A stretch of DNA of 64,000 nucleotides from Patescibacteria group bacterium UBA6017 (GCA_002429485.1 DIZX01000009.1:5461-69460), one strand, 5' to 3'. Shown: positions 18,319 to 28,805, counted from the first letter of the stretch. The notes: generated from the letters alone by a model not told the origin. Numbers and translations: made by a program.

Positions 18319-19482
18319 TTAAAACGTGACGCTTTTGCCGACCGGGACGATGGAGTACCAAGTATTGCCGGCATCGAGCGGGATCTCGGCGCCGGTGGCG
18401 TCTAGGAGCTTCGTACGGGCGGCGTGAGAGTCTTTTACCCAAGTACACGGGATTGCGTCGCCGTCACGCAGTACCCAGCCCTGGCCGCGGCCTACGGTCT
18501 GCATGATAACCGTGGATTCGCCGATGCGGGTAACGCCGTAGCTGGTGGGCATCATTTCTACGACTACGTTCTTGACGCGGATTTGGGTGTTGGTGTTGCG
18601 GTCGAAATGAGGAATGCCGGAGAGCCAGCGGCCGTAGTCGTTGGTCGTGGGGTCATACTTGTAGTCGACCTGATAGCCGGCATAGGAGTAATCGATGTGA
18701 ATATTGGGGTGTGGCGCGGCGGGATTGGGGGCGTCAGCCTTGCGCGGGGATGGCGTGAAACTGGCGGGTTTGACAAAGCCATAGCGTTGCTCGAGGGCAT
18801 CGAGTTTATCGGAATTGGTATACAGGTTGTGGGGGGCGTACTTGTCGGTGGTGCGGTAGAAGCCGTCGGAGGCAAAGCTCAGCGCGTTCATGTCTTTCAT
18901 GCCGAGGGGCGTGACGAGATCAAGGGCGTCGGCGTTGCCGCCAGCGTGAGCCACCGGCGCGTTGAATTCCAGGCCCCAATCGAGGAAGTAGGTGCGCAGC
19001 GAACGAACGGGACCGATGGAGGCTGGCCGTTGGTCAAGAAAGAAGGCTAGGAATCTGGTGATACCGCCTTCGGCGTTGGCTTCATAGACGACGCCGGCCT
19101 GGCCCAACCCGGATTGCGGTCTGGCGTCGGGATGGTTTTCGATGATAACGCCGGTGACCTGGCGGGCGGCGATTTCGGGCGTAACTTTAAGGCCGGTGAG
19201 TGGCGACAGACTGATGACGGGGGTGGCTAATGGATTGGGGGTGGGCTTGTGGGTGAGTTGCTTGGCTACCGGGGCCGCCGACTTGGGCCGCAGAAACGCC
19301 CATCCCACGCTCCCTGTAACAATGGCGAGGATGAGTGCACCGCCAGCGACTAGCAATACTTTGCGCTGCCGAAAGAAAGGCTGGATCGGGAGCGAATCAG
19401 ATTTGTCGCCTTTGATTGATGATTCGGAAATCAAAGATTCCGGCGTAGCGCTAGTTTTATCTGTGTCTTTAGGTTCACTCAT
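18319..19482 (-). CDS. DUF3048-family membrane-anchored protein (YerB-like)
   Basis: TM anchor, then VIIENHPDARPQSGLGQAGVVYEANAEGGITRFLAFF...RSLRTYFLDWG, typical of DUF3048 N- and C-domains. Confidence 0.65.
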   Translation of the reverse strand: MSEPKDTDKTSATPESLISESSIKGDKSDSLPIQPFFRQRKVLLVAGGALILAIVTGSVGWAFLRPKSAAPVAKQLTHKPTPNPLATPVISLSPLTGLKVTPEIAARQVTGVIIENHPDARPQSGLGQAGVVYEANAEGGITRFLAFFLDQRPASIGPVRSLRTYFLDWGLEFNAPVAHAGGNADALDLVTPLGMKDMNALSFASDGFYRTTDKYAPHNLYTNSDKLDALEQRYGFVKPASFTPSPRKADAPNPAAPHPNIHIDYSYAGYQVDYKYDPTTNDYGRWLSGIPHFDRNTNTQIRVKNVVVEMMPTSYGVTRIGESTVIMQTVGRGQGWVLRDGDAIPCTWVKDSHAARTKLLDATGAEIPLDAGNTWYSIVPVGKSVTF

Positions 19483-19544
19483 AGCGCAATAGTATCATTC
19501 AAACGCTTATGCTTCAAACCTCATTGGTCCATGGATTTGGCAAC

Positions 19545-19576
19545 AAAAAACCGAGGCCGTGGGGCCTCGGTTTTTT
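19545..19576. terminator. bidirectional rho-independent terminator
   Basis: AAAAAA-CCGAGGCC-GTGG-GGCCTCGG-TTTTTT lies between the convergently ending gltX operon and the DUF3048 gene. Confidence 0.6.
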
Positions 19577-19591
19577 GTTGCTAGTAAGAAA

Positions 19592-19795
19592 CTAGACTAC
19601 TGGACCGCTGAAAGTGTCCCAGGTTGCCTGGCTGACGAACTTGGTCAGATTGCGGCCTTGGTAGCTACCGCGCAGGGCGTAACGAACCTGGACTTTGCCG
19701 TCCTTGGTGGTTCGCTCGTATTTGGTCTTGGAAACGTCGCCATCCGGTACGTCGACTGACTCGCGGGTTTTGACATCGTAAAATGAAATACTCAT
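19592..19795 (-). CDS. small conserved-looking hypothetical protein (67 aa)
   Basis: Own promoter TTGACA-18-TATAGT and RBS GAGG 8 nt before the ATG. Sits between gltX and the terminator. Confidence 0.5.
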   Translation of the reverse strand: MSISFYDVKTRESVDVPDGDVSKTKYERTTKDGKVQVRYALRGSYQGRNLTKFVSQATWDTFSGPVV

Positions 19796-19894
19796 GGGCT
19801 GTTTGACCTCGTTTCTTAAGTGTTTGAACTATAGGCTAGTCAGATACGCGTTGTCAAACCTGTTAGCCTTCCCAGAGGCTCAAACGGGCCATTC

Positions 19895-21349
19895 CTATCT
19901 GTTGAGCAGGTCGCTGGCCGCCTGAAGCCGTTTGAGGCAGATCTCGCGTCCGAGGACGCGCAGGGTCTCAAATAAGCCCGGGGCCGCTTTCTTGCCGGTG
20001 GTGGCAACGCGGATGGCCGAGAACAGGGTTCCGGGTTTGACGTCCAGGTCTGCGGCGAGTTGACGGAGCCAGGTTTCGAGCTGTTCGATACTAAAATCCG
20101 AACTCTTGAGAGCGTCACGGGCTTTATCCAGCTGCTGGGTGAAGCTAGGGCTCCCATAGCGGCTAGAGTGAGCTTCGGCTTCCAGGGCGCCATCGGTGTA
20201 GGTTGGGTCGGTAAAAAAGAAATCGGTGAGTTCGGGGAGTTCGGCGAGGAACTTGAGTCGTTCTTGGACGAGCTCCAGGGCTTGTAGGCGGTACTCGAGG
20301 CTGAATGTGCGGGCATCTGGGGGCCAGAAGGCTTCAGAACGCTCGAGAAGGCTCTCTAGGGGCATCTCGCGGATGAGCTTGCCGTTGATCCAGGTGAGGC
20401 GCTCCAGGTCGAACATAGCCGGGCTTTTTTGGATACGCTCCAGGGTAAATTTTTGGATGAGCTCTTCGGGAGAGTAAATTTCCTGAGTCGTGCCGTCGTT
20501 CCAGCCGAGAGAGGCTAAAAAGCTCATGAGGGCTTCGGGTAGATAGCCTTCGTCGATGTACTCCCCTACCGACTGGGCGCCGTCGCGTTTAGAGAGCTTC
20601 TTTTTGCCATCGGGTCCTTGAACTGGAGGCAGATGAGCGTAAACTGGCTCATTCCAGCCAAAAGCCGCGAATAACAAGATGTGTTTTGGCGTGCTCGGTA
20701 CCCATTCATCGGCGCGCAAGACGTGGCTGATTTCCATGAGATGGTCGTCGACGACGTTGGCGAAGTGGTAGGTGGGGTATCCGTCGGATTTGAGCGCCAC
20801 GAAGTCGTCGAGCTCGGTGATTTTGAACTCCAAATGGCCGCGCACGGCATCGTCCCAGCCGACAACGGCGGGTGTTTCGGGAATCTTGAAGCGCAGCACG
20901 TGCGGGTCGGATTCGGACTTGTGATTCTCGGATTTGATGCAGAAACGGTCGTATTTGAAGGCTACGCCGGCCTTCTGGGCAGCGGTGCGCAAGGCGTCGA
21001 GCCGCTCAGAGGTACACCAACAGCGATAGAGGGCGCCGGATTCGAGAAGTTTGTCGGCGTGCGATTTGTAGATATCCAGGCGTTCGGATTGCAAATAGGG
21101 GCCATACTTCCCGCCCTGGCGCGGGCCTTCGTCCGGCGCGATGCCGAGAGCTTCGAGGCTGTCGTTGATCTGCTCTACAGCATCATCGACGAGGCGGGCG
21201 CGGTCGGTATCCTCGATGCGCAGCACGAACACACCGCCGGTATGACGGGCCCAGAGCCAGTTAAATAGCCCGGAGCGGATGCTCCCGACATGGAGATAGC
21301 CGGTGGGGCTGGGGGCGAAGCGGACGCGTGCAGGACTAGACATAGGCAT
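19895..21349 (-). CDS. gltX: glutamate--tRNA ligase
   Basis: RFAPSPTGYLHVGSIRSGLFNWLWARHTGGVFVLRIEDTD (HIGH motif class I) and a KLSKR-type motif (KKLSKRDG). Confidence 0.9.
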   Translation of the reverse strand: MPMSSPARVRFAPSPTGYLHVGSIRSGLFNWLWARHTGGVFVLRIEDTDRARLVDDAVEQINDSLEALGIAPDEGPRQGGKYGPYLQSERLDIYKSHADKLLESGALYRCWCTSERLDALRTAAQKAGVAFKYDRFCIKSENHKSESDPHVLRFKIPETPAVVGWDDAVRGHLEFKITELDDFVALKSDGYPTYHFANVVDDHLMEISHVLRADEWVPSTPKHILLFAAFGWNEPVYAHLPPVQGPDGKKKLSKRDGAQSVGEYIDEGYLPEALMSFLASLGWNDGTTQEIYSPEELIQKFTLERIQKSPAMFDLERLTWINGKLIREMPLESLLERSEAFWPPDARTFSLEYRLQALELVQERLKFLAELPELTDFFFTDPTYTDGALEAEAHSSRYGSPSFTQQLDKARDALKSSDFSIEQLETWLRQLAADLDVKPGTLFSAIRVATTGKKAAPGLFETLRVLGREICLKRLQAASDLLNR

Positions 21350-21382
21350 AATTATAGCGCGTAGCGAGCGTTTGGGGTAGCG

Positions 21383-21721
21383 CTAGAAGCCGAGGACGCT
21401 AGGGTCGATAGTTTCCCATTCGGTTCCGGCTTCGCGGTACAGGTTGGTCCGGAAACTCACTTCGTTGACGTCGTAGACATTCTCGACGCGAGTACTCGAT
21501 CCGGCGCGGCGGGCGCCCATGGTTTTGCGATCAACGATGGCGGGGCCCTGGATGCGCTCGAGTTTGAGCTTTTCGCCTTCTCGGCTAAATACTACGTATG
21601 AGACGAATTCGGTGAGGTCGGGTGCGTCCTCCATTTGGCGTTTGGCTCGTCCGTGGTCGATGAGTCCGAATTTCTGTTCGATGGCGTCTACTATGCGGTC
21701 CCAGGTGCGGTCGTCTTGCAT
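21383..21721 (-). CDS. hypothetical protein (112 aa)
   Basis: ORF co-directional and adjacent to gltX. No family recognised. Confidence 0.4.
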   Translation of the reverse strand: MQDDRTWDRIVDAIEQKFGLIDHGRAKRQMEDAPDLTEFVSYVVFSREGEKLKLERIQGPAIVDRKTMGARRAGSSTRVENVYDVNEVSFRTNLYREAGTEWETIDPSVLGF

Positions 21722-21788
21722 GGTGCTCCCCTATTTGATTGCCTCTAGCCTAACACATTTTTCTCGGCGTGGTCGGCGCAGTTGATTC

Positions 21789-22874
21789 CTAGAGGCTGTA
21801 GGCAATTTTGAGGATTTGTTCGCGGCTGAGACGGCTGGCGCCTTCGATGCTATACCAGATGCCGTGGTTGACCCAGGTAACGTGGTTATTATTGAATAGG
21901 TAGATGGTGAGGCCCTGGCCTTGCACGGTCGCATAGTCATCGGTATTTTTGGCGACAAAGTTATCAAGTAGCGAGCTGGAATCCCACGTGGTGCGGGCTT
22001 GGGCGATCTTGAGAGCTTCGCTGGCACTGGGGCTGGTGAAATTAAGGGTAACCAGGCCAGGGCTGGTATCGGTGGTTTTAAGGTTATAGCTCGAAGGCAG
22101 GAAGGATGGCATCGACGCGGACAGGCCGGCTTTGTTGTTGGCACTTTGGAGGGCGAGTTTGGGATAGTTCTGAAGCCAGATGTAGCCACCCATGAGCACG
22201 ACGGCCGCGGCCGTGGCCAGATTGCGGCTATTGTGCGGACTGAGATCGAGGTGCGGCCGCATAGATGGGCTGGCGGTGGCTTTGGCGGGCGTGACGGCAG
22301 CTACGGGTGCGCCGGCAACGAGGTGAGCCATGGCTTCGTGGTGAGTAGCTGCGAGCTTGGGTAGTTCGGGGAGGGTTTCGGGGGCGGTAGCGGCCGGGGC
22401 TACAGGCAGAGCCGACGGCTTATCGGAGGCAAATTTGTTGATACTCGTGCTGCGGGCGATCTGGCGGGCCTGCTCGAAGCGATCGGTGAACCTGGCCTCG
22501 TGGCGGGCGTGCGTGGTGGAATGGGGTGCGGCGGCCGGAGTGTCGTGAATGGGTTGCGGAGTATGGTGAGATTCGGATAGGCTAGCCGGCGCTGAGCGTA
22601 AATCCAGAACCCGCGATGGCTTGGCCCGAGCGTGGAGAGCCTCAGCGCTGGCCGCCCGAGCGTGGGCCAGAGGTAGTTTCTTGGGCAAAGGTTTGCCGGC
22701 TATGGCGGCGTTGGTGCGGCTGCGCGGGGAGAGATCCAGCGACAGTCGGTGAGCCGCAGAGCGCGGCTTATCGGCGTCCGGACCCGTAGCTGACCCGCAG
22801 ATACCACAATATATCTGCCCACCGATCTTAACTGGCGACGTATCGCGCTGGCATACCGAACAATTCGTCATCAT
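21789..22874 (-). CDS. zinc-ribbon membrane protein with an extracytoplasmic C-terminal domain (possible anti-sigma-like)
   Basis: N-terminal CxxC...CxxC (CSVCQ...CGIC), an Ala/Pro-rich linker, one TM (AAAVVLMGGYIWL), then a C-terminal globular domain. Confidence 0.5.
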   Translation of the reverse strand: MMTNCSVCQRDTSPVKIGGQIYCGICGSATGPDADKPRSAAHRLSLDLSPRSRTNAAIAGKPLPKKLPLAHARAASAEALHARAKPSRVLDLRSAPASLSESHHTPQPIHDTPAAAPHSTTHARHEARFTDRFEQARQIARSTSINKFASDKPSALPVAPAATAPETLPELPKLAATHHEAMAHLVAGAPVAAVTPAKATASPSMRPHLDLSPHNSRNLATAAAVVLMGGYIWLQNYPKLALQSANNKAGLSASMPSFLPSSYNLKTTDTSPGLVTLNFTSPSASEALKIAQARTTWDSSSLLDNFVAKNTDDYATVQGQGLTIYLFNNNHVTWVNHGIWYSIEGASRLSREQILKIAYSL

Positions 22875-22931
22875 CGACCATTATTATTATGCTTATGTTA
22901 CAACACTACGAGCAGCCTTGGAATAGGCAGT

Positions 22932-23780
22932 TTAGAGAGTTCGCCAAATTCGATAGATAAAACGCGGGATGGCGAGCTGACGAACGATTCGGTGTGGCTC
23001 GAGCGCCAACCGCCACAGCCATTCGAGGCCGCTGCGTTGGACTGCAACGGGTGCTTTGCGCCGGCGGCCGCCGAAACTATCGTAGTCGAAGGTGCCGCCC
23101 TCGCCGATAAGTATTCCATGCGGCAGAAGGGTCGAGAGTTGGGCGCAAACCTGCTCTTGGAGCGGAAAGCCCATGCCGACGAGGATAAGCTCGGCATTGG
23201 CGGCCGTTAGTCGGTCGGCGGTTTGAGTGATCCAATCCTGGCTAACCGCGCCGTGTGGGCTAGAGGTGTCGCGCCCGGAGAGGGTTCCGGCAATAATTAT
23301 ATTGGGGATTTCACGAACAATTGTGGTGGCAACGAGCTCAATCTCGGCGGGGCTTTCCTTGCCGATCAGGTACACGCGGACATTTTTGGCAGCGGCAGCG
23401 CGCAGCAACGGCCAGGTGAAACTGATACCGGCGGCACGCTGAGGTACCGGCCAGCATAGATTGGCTGGCGCGGTTACTATCTGGGCGAGAGTCAAAAGCA
23501 GGCGCAGCAGAGTTCTGGGACCGGCGTAAAGGTAATGTGCTGCCCATAGCACGGCCACACCATCGGCGATTGAAAGCTCGGCGTTATTGAGCAGCGTGGC
23601 GAGCTCGGGTTTGCTGTAGGCCTTATCGAGGAACTCAACGTAGGGCTTAATGACGTATCCGGCGGGTTTGGTCGGGTCGGACGAATTATCGCAGATGTAG
23701 CTGATGGCTTCGGCGAGGCTGATCACGTCGATACTTACACCGAGAAGGTCGACTTTATCGTATAGCTGCTGCTTAGACAT
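22932..23780 (-). CDS. WecB/TagA/CpsF-family glycosyltransferase
   Basis: LLGVSIDVISLAEAISYI...NNAELSIADGVAVLWAAHYL...YLIGKESP matches the TagA/WecG family. Start re-picked at the ATG at 23780 (MSKQQLYDK), overlapping the upstream stop by 8 nt. Confidence 0.75.
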   Translation of the reverse strand: MSKQQLYDKVDLLGVSIDVISLAEAISYICDNSSDPTKPAGYVIKPYVEFLDKAYSKPELATLLNNAELSIADGVAVLWAAHYLYAGPRTLLRLLLTLAQIVTAPANLCWPVPQRAAGISFTWPLLRAAAAKNVRVYLIGKESPAEIELVATTIVREIPNIIIAGTLSGRDTSSPHGAVSQDWITQTADRLTAANAELILVGMGFPLQEQVCAQLSTLLPHGILIGEGGTFDYDSFGGRRRKAPVAVQRSGLEWLWRLALEPHRIVRQLAIPRFIYRIWRTL

Positions 23781-25125
23781 AATCCGTCCTTGAGGGTAGC
23801 CCCGCTGCGGCCCCGGCGCTGATCCAGACAATGAGGGCGGTGCTGGAGTCGGCCCAGGCTGGCAGTACAAGACTGACGAGGCAAATGCCGGCGATGGCGC
23901 AGGCGGAGGCTATGGCTAGCGGGTGGCCGGTGTGACGGCGCAGCAGTGAGTATGCGAGCAGGCCGATGACGGCGATTAGCAATATGAGTCCCAGGATGCC
24001 GGCTTCGAATCCGACTTGCAGATAGTAGTTTTCGATAATATTGCCATTGCCGGCATGGAAGGTGGCGGGGCCGGCGGTTCCCAGGCCATGGCCGAGTGGA
24101 TCCTTGAGGGTGGCCGCAGCGCCTTGTTCGAGCGATTTGGCGTGCTGAGCGTCGGATAGATTGGCTTGATCGTGGGTGGCGACGCTCGAATGCAAGAGGA
24201 GATATTGCAAGGGGCCACCACCGGTGAGAATGAGCGGCAAGGCGAGCAAGGCGCCCATTGCCACTACGGCGCTGCCGATAACAAACCAGCGTCTCAGGTG
24301 CGAAGCCAGAATGATAAAACCTGTCAGAATGATGGCCAGGAGTGCTCCCAGCCAGGCGGCCCGCGACTGGGTATTAATGAGGCTGACTATAGCGGCAGCG
24401 ACGAGTACCCAGAGATGGTGACGGTGATATTTGAGAGCCAGAATCAGGCTGAGGCAAAGCGGCAGGATGAGATAGGTTCCGAGCTGGTTTGGACCCCCGA
24501 GGGTCCCGGGAAAGCGCAGAGCGTTGGTACCGACAGCGATGTGCTGGAAGGGCAGGATTGTTTGTGGGCCGTAGCCAAAGTGAGTGAGGAAATCGGGGGG
24601 GAGTAGAAAGATTAGCGCCAGGTCGATACCGACTGCCAGGCTGGCGCTAACCAGTACTGTCACAATGACGCGGCGGGCGAATTCGGGGGGGGCAACGATA
24701 AGGGCAATTATGCCGGCAAGCAGAAACTCCATATCGGTTTTGAGGCCGAAGGCAATGGCCGTCAGCGGCGGTCGGGTGAGGATGGTGACTAGAATAGCGA
24801 CGACGGCAAAGGCAGCAGCGGCCACGACCCAGGGTTCGCGCAGAATTTTTAGCCGTTTTGGCTCGCTCCAGATGAGCACTGCCGCGGCCGCCGTTAACGC
24901 GATAAGTAAAACTTCTTTCCAGGCCTGGATGATGGCTTGGTGATGGGTTAGGCTGCCTAGCCACACACTGAGGAAGGCGTGGAAGGGCATGATGGCGAGG
25001 ATTAGGAGTAGGCCCCATTGGATGAGGCGTTCTAATTTGGTTGGTCCGGGCATTCCGTTGGTTTTGCTCACGAACGCGATCCTTTTGCTAATTTCATTAC
25101 GTGATAGAACCGGCGCTCGCTGCAA
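23773..25125 (-). CDS. O-antigen ligase/polymerase-like (Wzy_C) polytopic membrane protein
   Basis: About 10-12 TM helices with a central loop NTQSRAAWLGALLAI, typical of the Wzy_C family. Confidence 0.65.
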   Translation of the reverse strand: MQRAPVLSRNEISKRIAFVSKTNGMPGPTKLERLIQWGLLLILAIMPFHAFLSVWLGSLTHHQAIIQAWKEVLLIALTAAAAVLIWSEPKRLKILREPWVVAAAAFAVVAILVTILTRPPLTAIAFGLKTDMEFLLAGIIALIVAPPEFARRVIVTVLVSASLAVGIDLALIFLLPPDFLTHFGYGPQTILPFQHIAVGTNALRFPGTLGGPNQLGTYLILPLCLSLILALKYHRHHLWVLVAAAIVSLINTQSRAAWLGALLAIILTGFIILASHLRRWFVIGSAVVAMGALLALPLILTGGGPLQYLLLHSSVATHDQANLSDAQHAKSLEQGAAATLKDPLGHGLGTAGPATFHAGNGNIIENYYLQVGFEAGILGLILLIAVIGLLAYSLLRRHTGHPLAIASACAIAGICLVSLVLPAWADSSTALIVWISAGAAAGLPSRTDYV

Positions 25126-25159
25126 CCACCGGGATACCCTTTACCTACAGCCTGATTTG

Positions 25160-26164
25160 TCATTTTACCGCGACGAGGCTCCGCTTGTACTCTTCGAGGT
25201 TGTCGAGGGCGATGCCGGTGCCGCGGGCCACACAGAGTAGGGGCTCTTCGGCGACTACACAAGGGACGCCGGTGACTTGGGTGAGCATTTTATCGAGGTT
25301 CTGGAGAAGCGCTCCCCCGCCGGTGAGCACCATGCCGCGGTCGATAATGTCGGAGGATAGCTCGGGCGGGGTTTGCTCGAGGACTACTCGAATGGCTTGA
25401 ATGATCTTTTCGAGTTCGTCGGTGATGGCGCCGTTGATTTCATTGGCGTGGATAGTAATGGTTTTGGGTAAGCCCGCTACGATGTCGCGGCCGCGGATTT
25501 CCATGGATTTGTCGCGGGTGAGCATGAGGGCGGTGCCCAAGGTGATTTTGATGTGTTCGGCGGTGCGGTCTCCGACGGCGAGGCCGTAGGTGCGGCGAAT
25601 GTACTCGGCGATGGCATTGTCGAAGCGGTTGCCGCCCACGCGGATGCTGTGCTGGGCCACGACGCCGCCGAGGCTCAAGATGGCTATTTCGGTGGTGCCG
25701 CCGCCAATGTCGACTACCATGTTGCCGGCGGCACTGGCGATCGGAATACCGGCGCCAATGGCCGCGGCCACGGGCTCGCGGATGATGTAGGCGGCGCGGG
25801 CGCCCGCGGCCAGAGTGGCGTCAATCACGGCGCGGCGCTCGGTGCTGGTGGCGCCGGCGGGCACGCACACCATCACATCGGGGCGGCTGAGGCGGAACCC
25901 GCCTGAAACTTTGCCGATGTAGTGGCGGATCATGGCTGAGGTGATGCGGTAGTCGGCAATCACGCCGTCGCGCAGCGGCCTCGAGGCGGTAATTGAGTCG
26001 GGGGTGCGGCCGAGCATTTCTTTGGCCTCGGCGCCGATGGCCACAATCTTGTTGGTGTCGTCGATGGCCACCACGCTGGGCTCATTAATAACAATCCCCC
26101 GCTTGGGGACGTAGACGAGCACGTTGGCTGTGCCGAGGTCGATAGCAATGCGCTTGGAAAACAT
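25160..26164 (-). CDS. mreB: rod shape-determining protein MreB
   Basis: IAIDLGTANVLVYV...DIGGGTTEIAILSLGG actin-fold motifs, 334 aa. Confidence 0.9.
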   Translation of the reverse strand: MFSKRIAIDLGTANVLVYVPKRGIVINEPSVVAIDDTNKIVAIGAEAKEMLGRTPDSITASRPLRDGVIADYRITSAMIRHYIGKVSGGFRLSRPDVMVCVPAGATSTERRAVIDATLAAGARAAYIIREPVAAAIGAGIPIASAAGNMVVDIGGGTTEIAILSLGGVVAQHSIRVGGNRFDNAIAEYIRRTYGLAVGDRTAEHIKITLGTALMLTRDKSMEIRGRDIVAGLPKTITIHANEINGAITDELEKIIQAIRVVLEQTPPELSSDIIDRGMVLTGGGALLQNLDKMLTQVTGVPCVVAEEPLLCVARGTGIALDNLEEYKRSLVAVK

Positions 26165-26199
26165 AATCCTAGTATAGGGGCTAGAAGCCTCACTCCCAA

Positions 26200-27627
26200 A
26201 TGAGAATCTGTTATACTTGGGCTCACAAGTTCATGCTACGACGAATCATAATTATTTTTGGCTATATTTCTCTCGTGCTCACGATAGTGGTGTTCACGGC
26301 GGGTTTGGTTGCCTACGGAAATGACTACGCGTACGACTTTGGCACTCATCGGATTATTCAAAAAGGGCACGTAATTATCGATTCGCTGCCCAGCGGCGTG
26401 CAGATCACCGAGGACGGCAAGGTTCTCAAAAAGAAAACCCCATACCAGGCAGCGTATAAGGTAGGTGAACATACTTTCGGTCTGGCTAAGGATGGTTTTT
26501 GGCCATGGCAAAAGGTGTTAAAAGTGGTCGCGGGACGCGTGACATTGGCTAACTACGTCATATTTGTACCCAAGCAGCCGGTCACGACCGTGCTGGATTC
26601 CAAGCTGCAGATCACCGCTCAGTCGATAAGCAAGGATCACCGGCACCTGGCGTATATCACGGGCGGCACGGATCCAGCGGTTTATACCATCGATATTGGC
26701 AGTAAAAAGGTCGTAAAGCTGTATTCTCCCAAGGCAGCTGCCCCGCCAGCGCCGGCTGAGGTTCTGCGGGATGTGTCCTGGTCGGATGATTCGTCGCACT
26801 TGCTGCTAGTCTCGGACATTGGCGGTCAACCAACGCATCGACTCGCGGCCGCAGCGGGTGACGCTGAGCCGGTTAATCTTACTCAATCATTCGGATTTAA
26901 CCTGACCGGATTGAAGTTCTCGGGTTCAAATTGGCGGCAGTTGTACTGGATTTCGCCCGACGGCCTTCGTCGTCTGGATGCGGGTTCGAATACCGTCTCT
27001 GGCGTGCTGGCCGACAAGCTTACTCAATTTTGGATAGAAAACGATCGAGTGTTGTATACGGCTCAGACCGATCTGGGGCGGTCGCTGTGGAGCCTTGATT
27101 CGAAGGATAAGCGTCAGGAGCTAATCCAGGCTCTGGTGGATAGTGATTCGTACGATGTGGGATTAACTCGCTACAACGGTGAAGATGAACTGGCGGTAGT
27201 ACCGTCAAAAACCGGTATAGCTACGCTGTATTCGGGTATTTTTGGGGATACCCCGGTGGCAAAGGTTGTCGCTAAGGGTGTTACGGGCGTGAGCTTTTCG
27301 CCGGACGGACATCAGCTGGCCCTGACATCGCCTACGGTTATGAGTGTGTACGATCTGGAGCGCTCGTTTGTAGATAACAGTTTTGTGCTATATACCCTAC
27401 CCAGCCAAGCAGGTACATTAACTTCGATGAATTGGTTCGACAGTTCCCATATCTTGGCAGTTCGCGATGGCGTGCTGTACTGGAGTGAATATGACGGAGC
27501 AAACAGCGTGAATCTGGGTAAGACCTACGGAGTATTGCCCGCATACGTGAGCTCAGATACCAGGTCTATCCTGCTGTATCGTCCTTCTGAGACAGAAGTG
27601 AAAATCATGGAACTGCAAATTCGCTAA
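26200..27627 (+). CDS. membrane-anchored PEGA-like domain plus beta-propeller (TolB/WD40-like) protein
   Basis: N-terminal TM; GHVIIDSLPSGVQITEDGKVLKKKTPYQAAYKVGEHTFGLAKDGFWPWQK is PEGA-like. The C-terminus has a repeated SPDG/SWSDD blade pattern. Confidence 0.5.
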   Translation: MRICYTWAHKFMLRRIIIIFGYISLVLTIVVFTAGLVAYGNDYAYDFGTHRIIQKGHVIIDSLPSGVQITEDGKVLKKKTPYQAAYKVGEHTFGLAKDGFWPWQKVLKVVAGRVTLANYVIFVPKQPVTTVLDSKLQITAQSISKDHRHLAYITGGTDPAVYTIDIGSKKVVKLYSPKAAAPPAPAEVLRDVSWSDDSSHLLLVSDIGGQPTHRLAAAAGDAEPVNLTQSFGFNLTGLKFSGSNWRQLYWISPDGLRRLDAGSNTVSGVLADKLTQFWIENDRVLYTAQTDLGRSLWSLDSKDKRQELIQALVDSDSYDVGLTRYNGEDELAVVPSKTGIATLYSGIFGDTPVAKVVAKGVTGVSFSPDGHQLALTSPTVMSVYDLERSFVDNSFVLYTLPSQAGTLTSMNWFDSSHILAVRDGVLYWSEYDGANSVNLGKTYGVLPAYVSSDTRSILLYRPSETEVKIMELQIR

Positions 27628-27635
27628 CGCAGGCG

Positions 27636-28697
27636 CTATTTGATTGCCGGCAGAGTACTGGGGCTTGAGGCTGAGGGCGATGGGCTCGCGGAGGGCTTGC
27701 CGCCGATTGCCGATGAGATGCTCGAGGTAATGCTCTTCCAGGCACCGGCGAGAGAGTCGAGGAAACTGTTTGAGGAGCTGCTGGGCAGCGTGCCGGCCGA
27801 TGTTGCGGCCGGAGTGGGCGCTACGACTACGGTTGAGCTTGGAGCGGGGCTGGTTTGCTTGGCGGTCACTACCAGGCGGCGAAGTGAGGTTCCGGGTGGC
27901 GTGCAAGTGATGAGGGTGAGGGTTGGCGTGGCGGTGGGATTGAGGACGCCGACGTCGGTGGGCTCCACGACCTGGCTGCCGGTAACTTCGTAGGTGTAGC
28001 GCTTGGATTGATAGTCGAGGGTGAGTTGATCGCCAGGTGCTAGCTTATCGAGCAGAACGAAAACGAATTTATAATTGCCCGGCTCCCACCAGTCGTTCGA
28101 GGAGTGGCCGAAGATGGCGACATTGCCGTTTTGGCCCGGGACGGCCGTGTTGCCGTAGTGCACCACCCCATTTTGGAGGGCGGCCTGAACGGAGGCTTCC
28201 TGGATGCTCGGCTCGTAGACTACCGGAGCGTGGACATTAATCTTGGGGATGGTAATGGTATTATCGGCGGGTACGGCCTCGGTAATCGGTGCGGTGACGA
28301 CGGCCTGGGGTTTGTTGCCGAAACTGTACTGAAGCTGATTGATGATCACCGGGGCTTTGAATAGTGCCAAAACTAGGATAAAGACCCCGGCTGCGGTGAG
28401 TATAGGTGTCAGTACCGGCGGGAGCTTGCGGCCCCGCACTAGTGGCTTGTGGTAGCTGATTTTGGCCAACTTGGCCTTGTCGATAATCAGATCGGCAGTG
28501 GGTGTGGCGGGGACCAATTCGGGGTGCGGCAGCGGATGATTCTCGGGCAAGGCGGCAATGCGCGCCCTCGCAGCATCGGCGGCGAAGATATCGTTTATCT
28601 GCTCCGGGAGTACCTCGGGATGCTCTACTTGAGCAATCGGGTACTCCTTGCGAAGCCGAATCGAGCCGATATTTAGGGTGTCTGGATTCTCTGCCAT
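27636..28697 (-). CDS. sortase (class E-like) with an N-terminal membrane anchor
   Basis: HYGNTAVPGQNGNVAIFGHSS...TLTLITCTPPGTSLRRLVV (His, TLxTC Cys and Arg catalytic triad). Start re-picked at the ATG at 28697 (MAENPDTL). Confidence 0.8.
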   Translation of the reverse strand: MAENPDTLNIGSIRLRKEYPIAQVEHPEVLPEQINDIFAADAARARIAALPENHPLPHPELVPATPTADLIIDKAKLAKISYHKPLVRGRKLPPVLTPILTAAGVFILVLALFKAPVIINQLQYSFGNKPQAVVTAPITEAVPADNTITIPKINVHAPVVYEPSIQEASVQAALQNGVVHYGNTAVPGQNGNVAIFGHSSNDWWEPGNYKFVFVLLDKLAPGDQLTLDYQSKRYTYEVTGSQVVEPTDVGVLNPTATPTLTLITCTPPGTSLRRLVVTAKQTSPAPSSTVVVAPTPAATSAGTLPSSSSNSFLDSLAGAWKSITSSISSAIGGKPSASPSPSASSPSTLPAIK

Positions 28698-28805
28698 GAT
28701 TGTTTGCCGTATATGTTCTATGATATCTTGTGTTACGTAGTAATACCAAGCGCGGGCATTACAATAGCACTTTATACCATATAAATACGCTCCAATCAAT
28801 ACTTA

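Noticed and set aside
24166-25400. Multiple plus-strand ORFs over the O-antigen-ligase and mreB region (for example 24166..24606, 24584..24943, 25101..25400)
   Set aside because: They are antisense to strongly supported minus-strand genes. They are Arg/Ala-rich wrong-frame products of GC-rich DNA.
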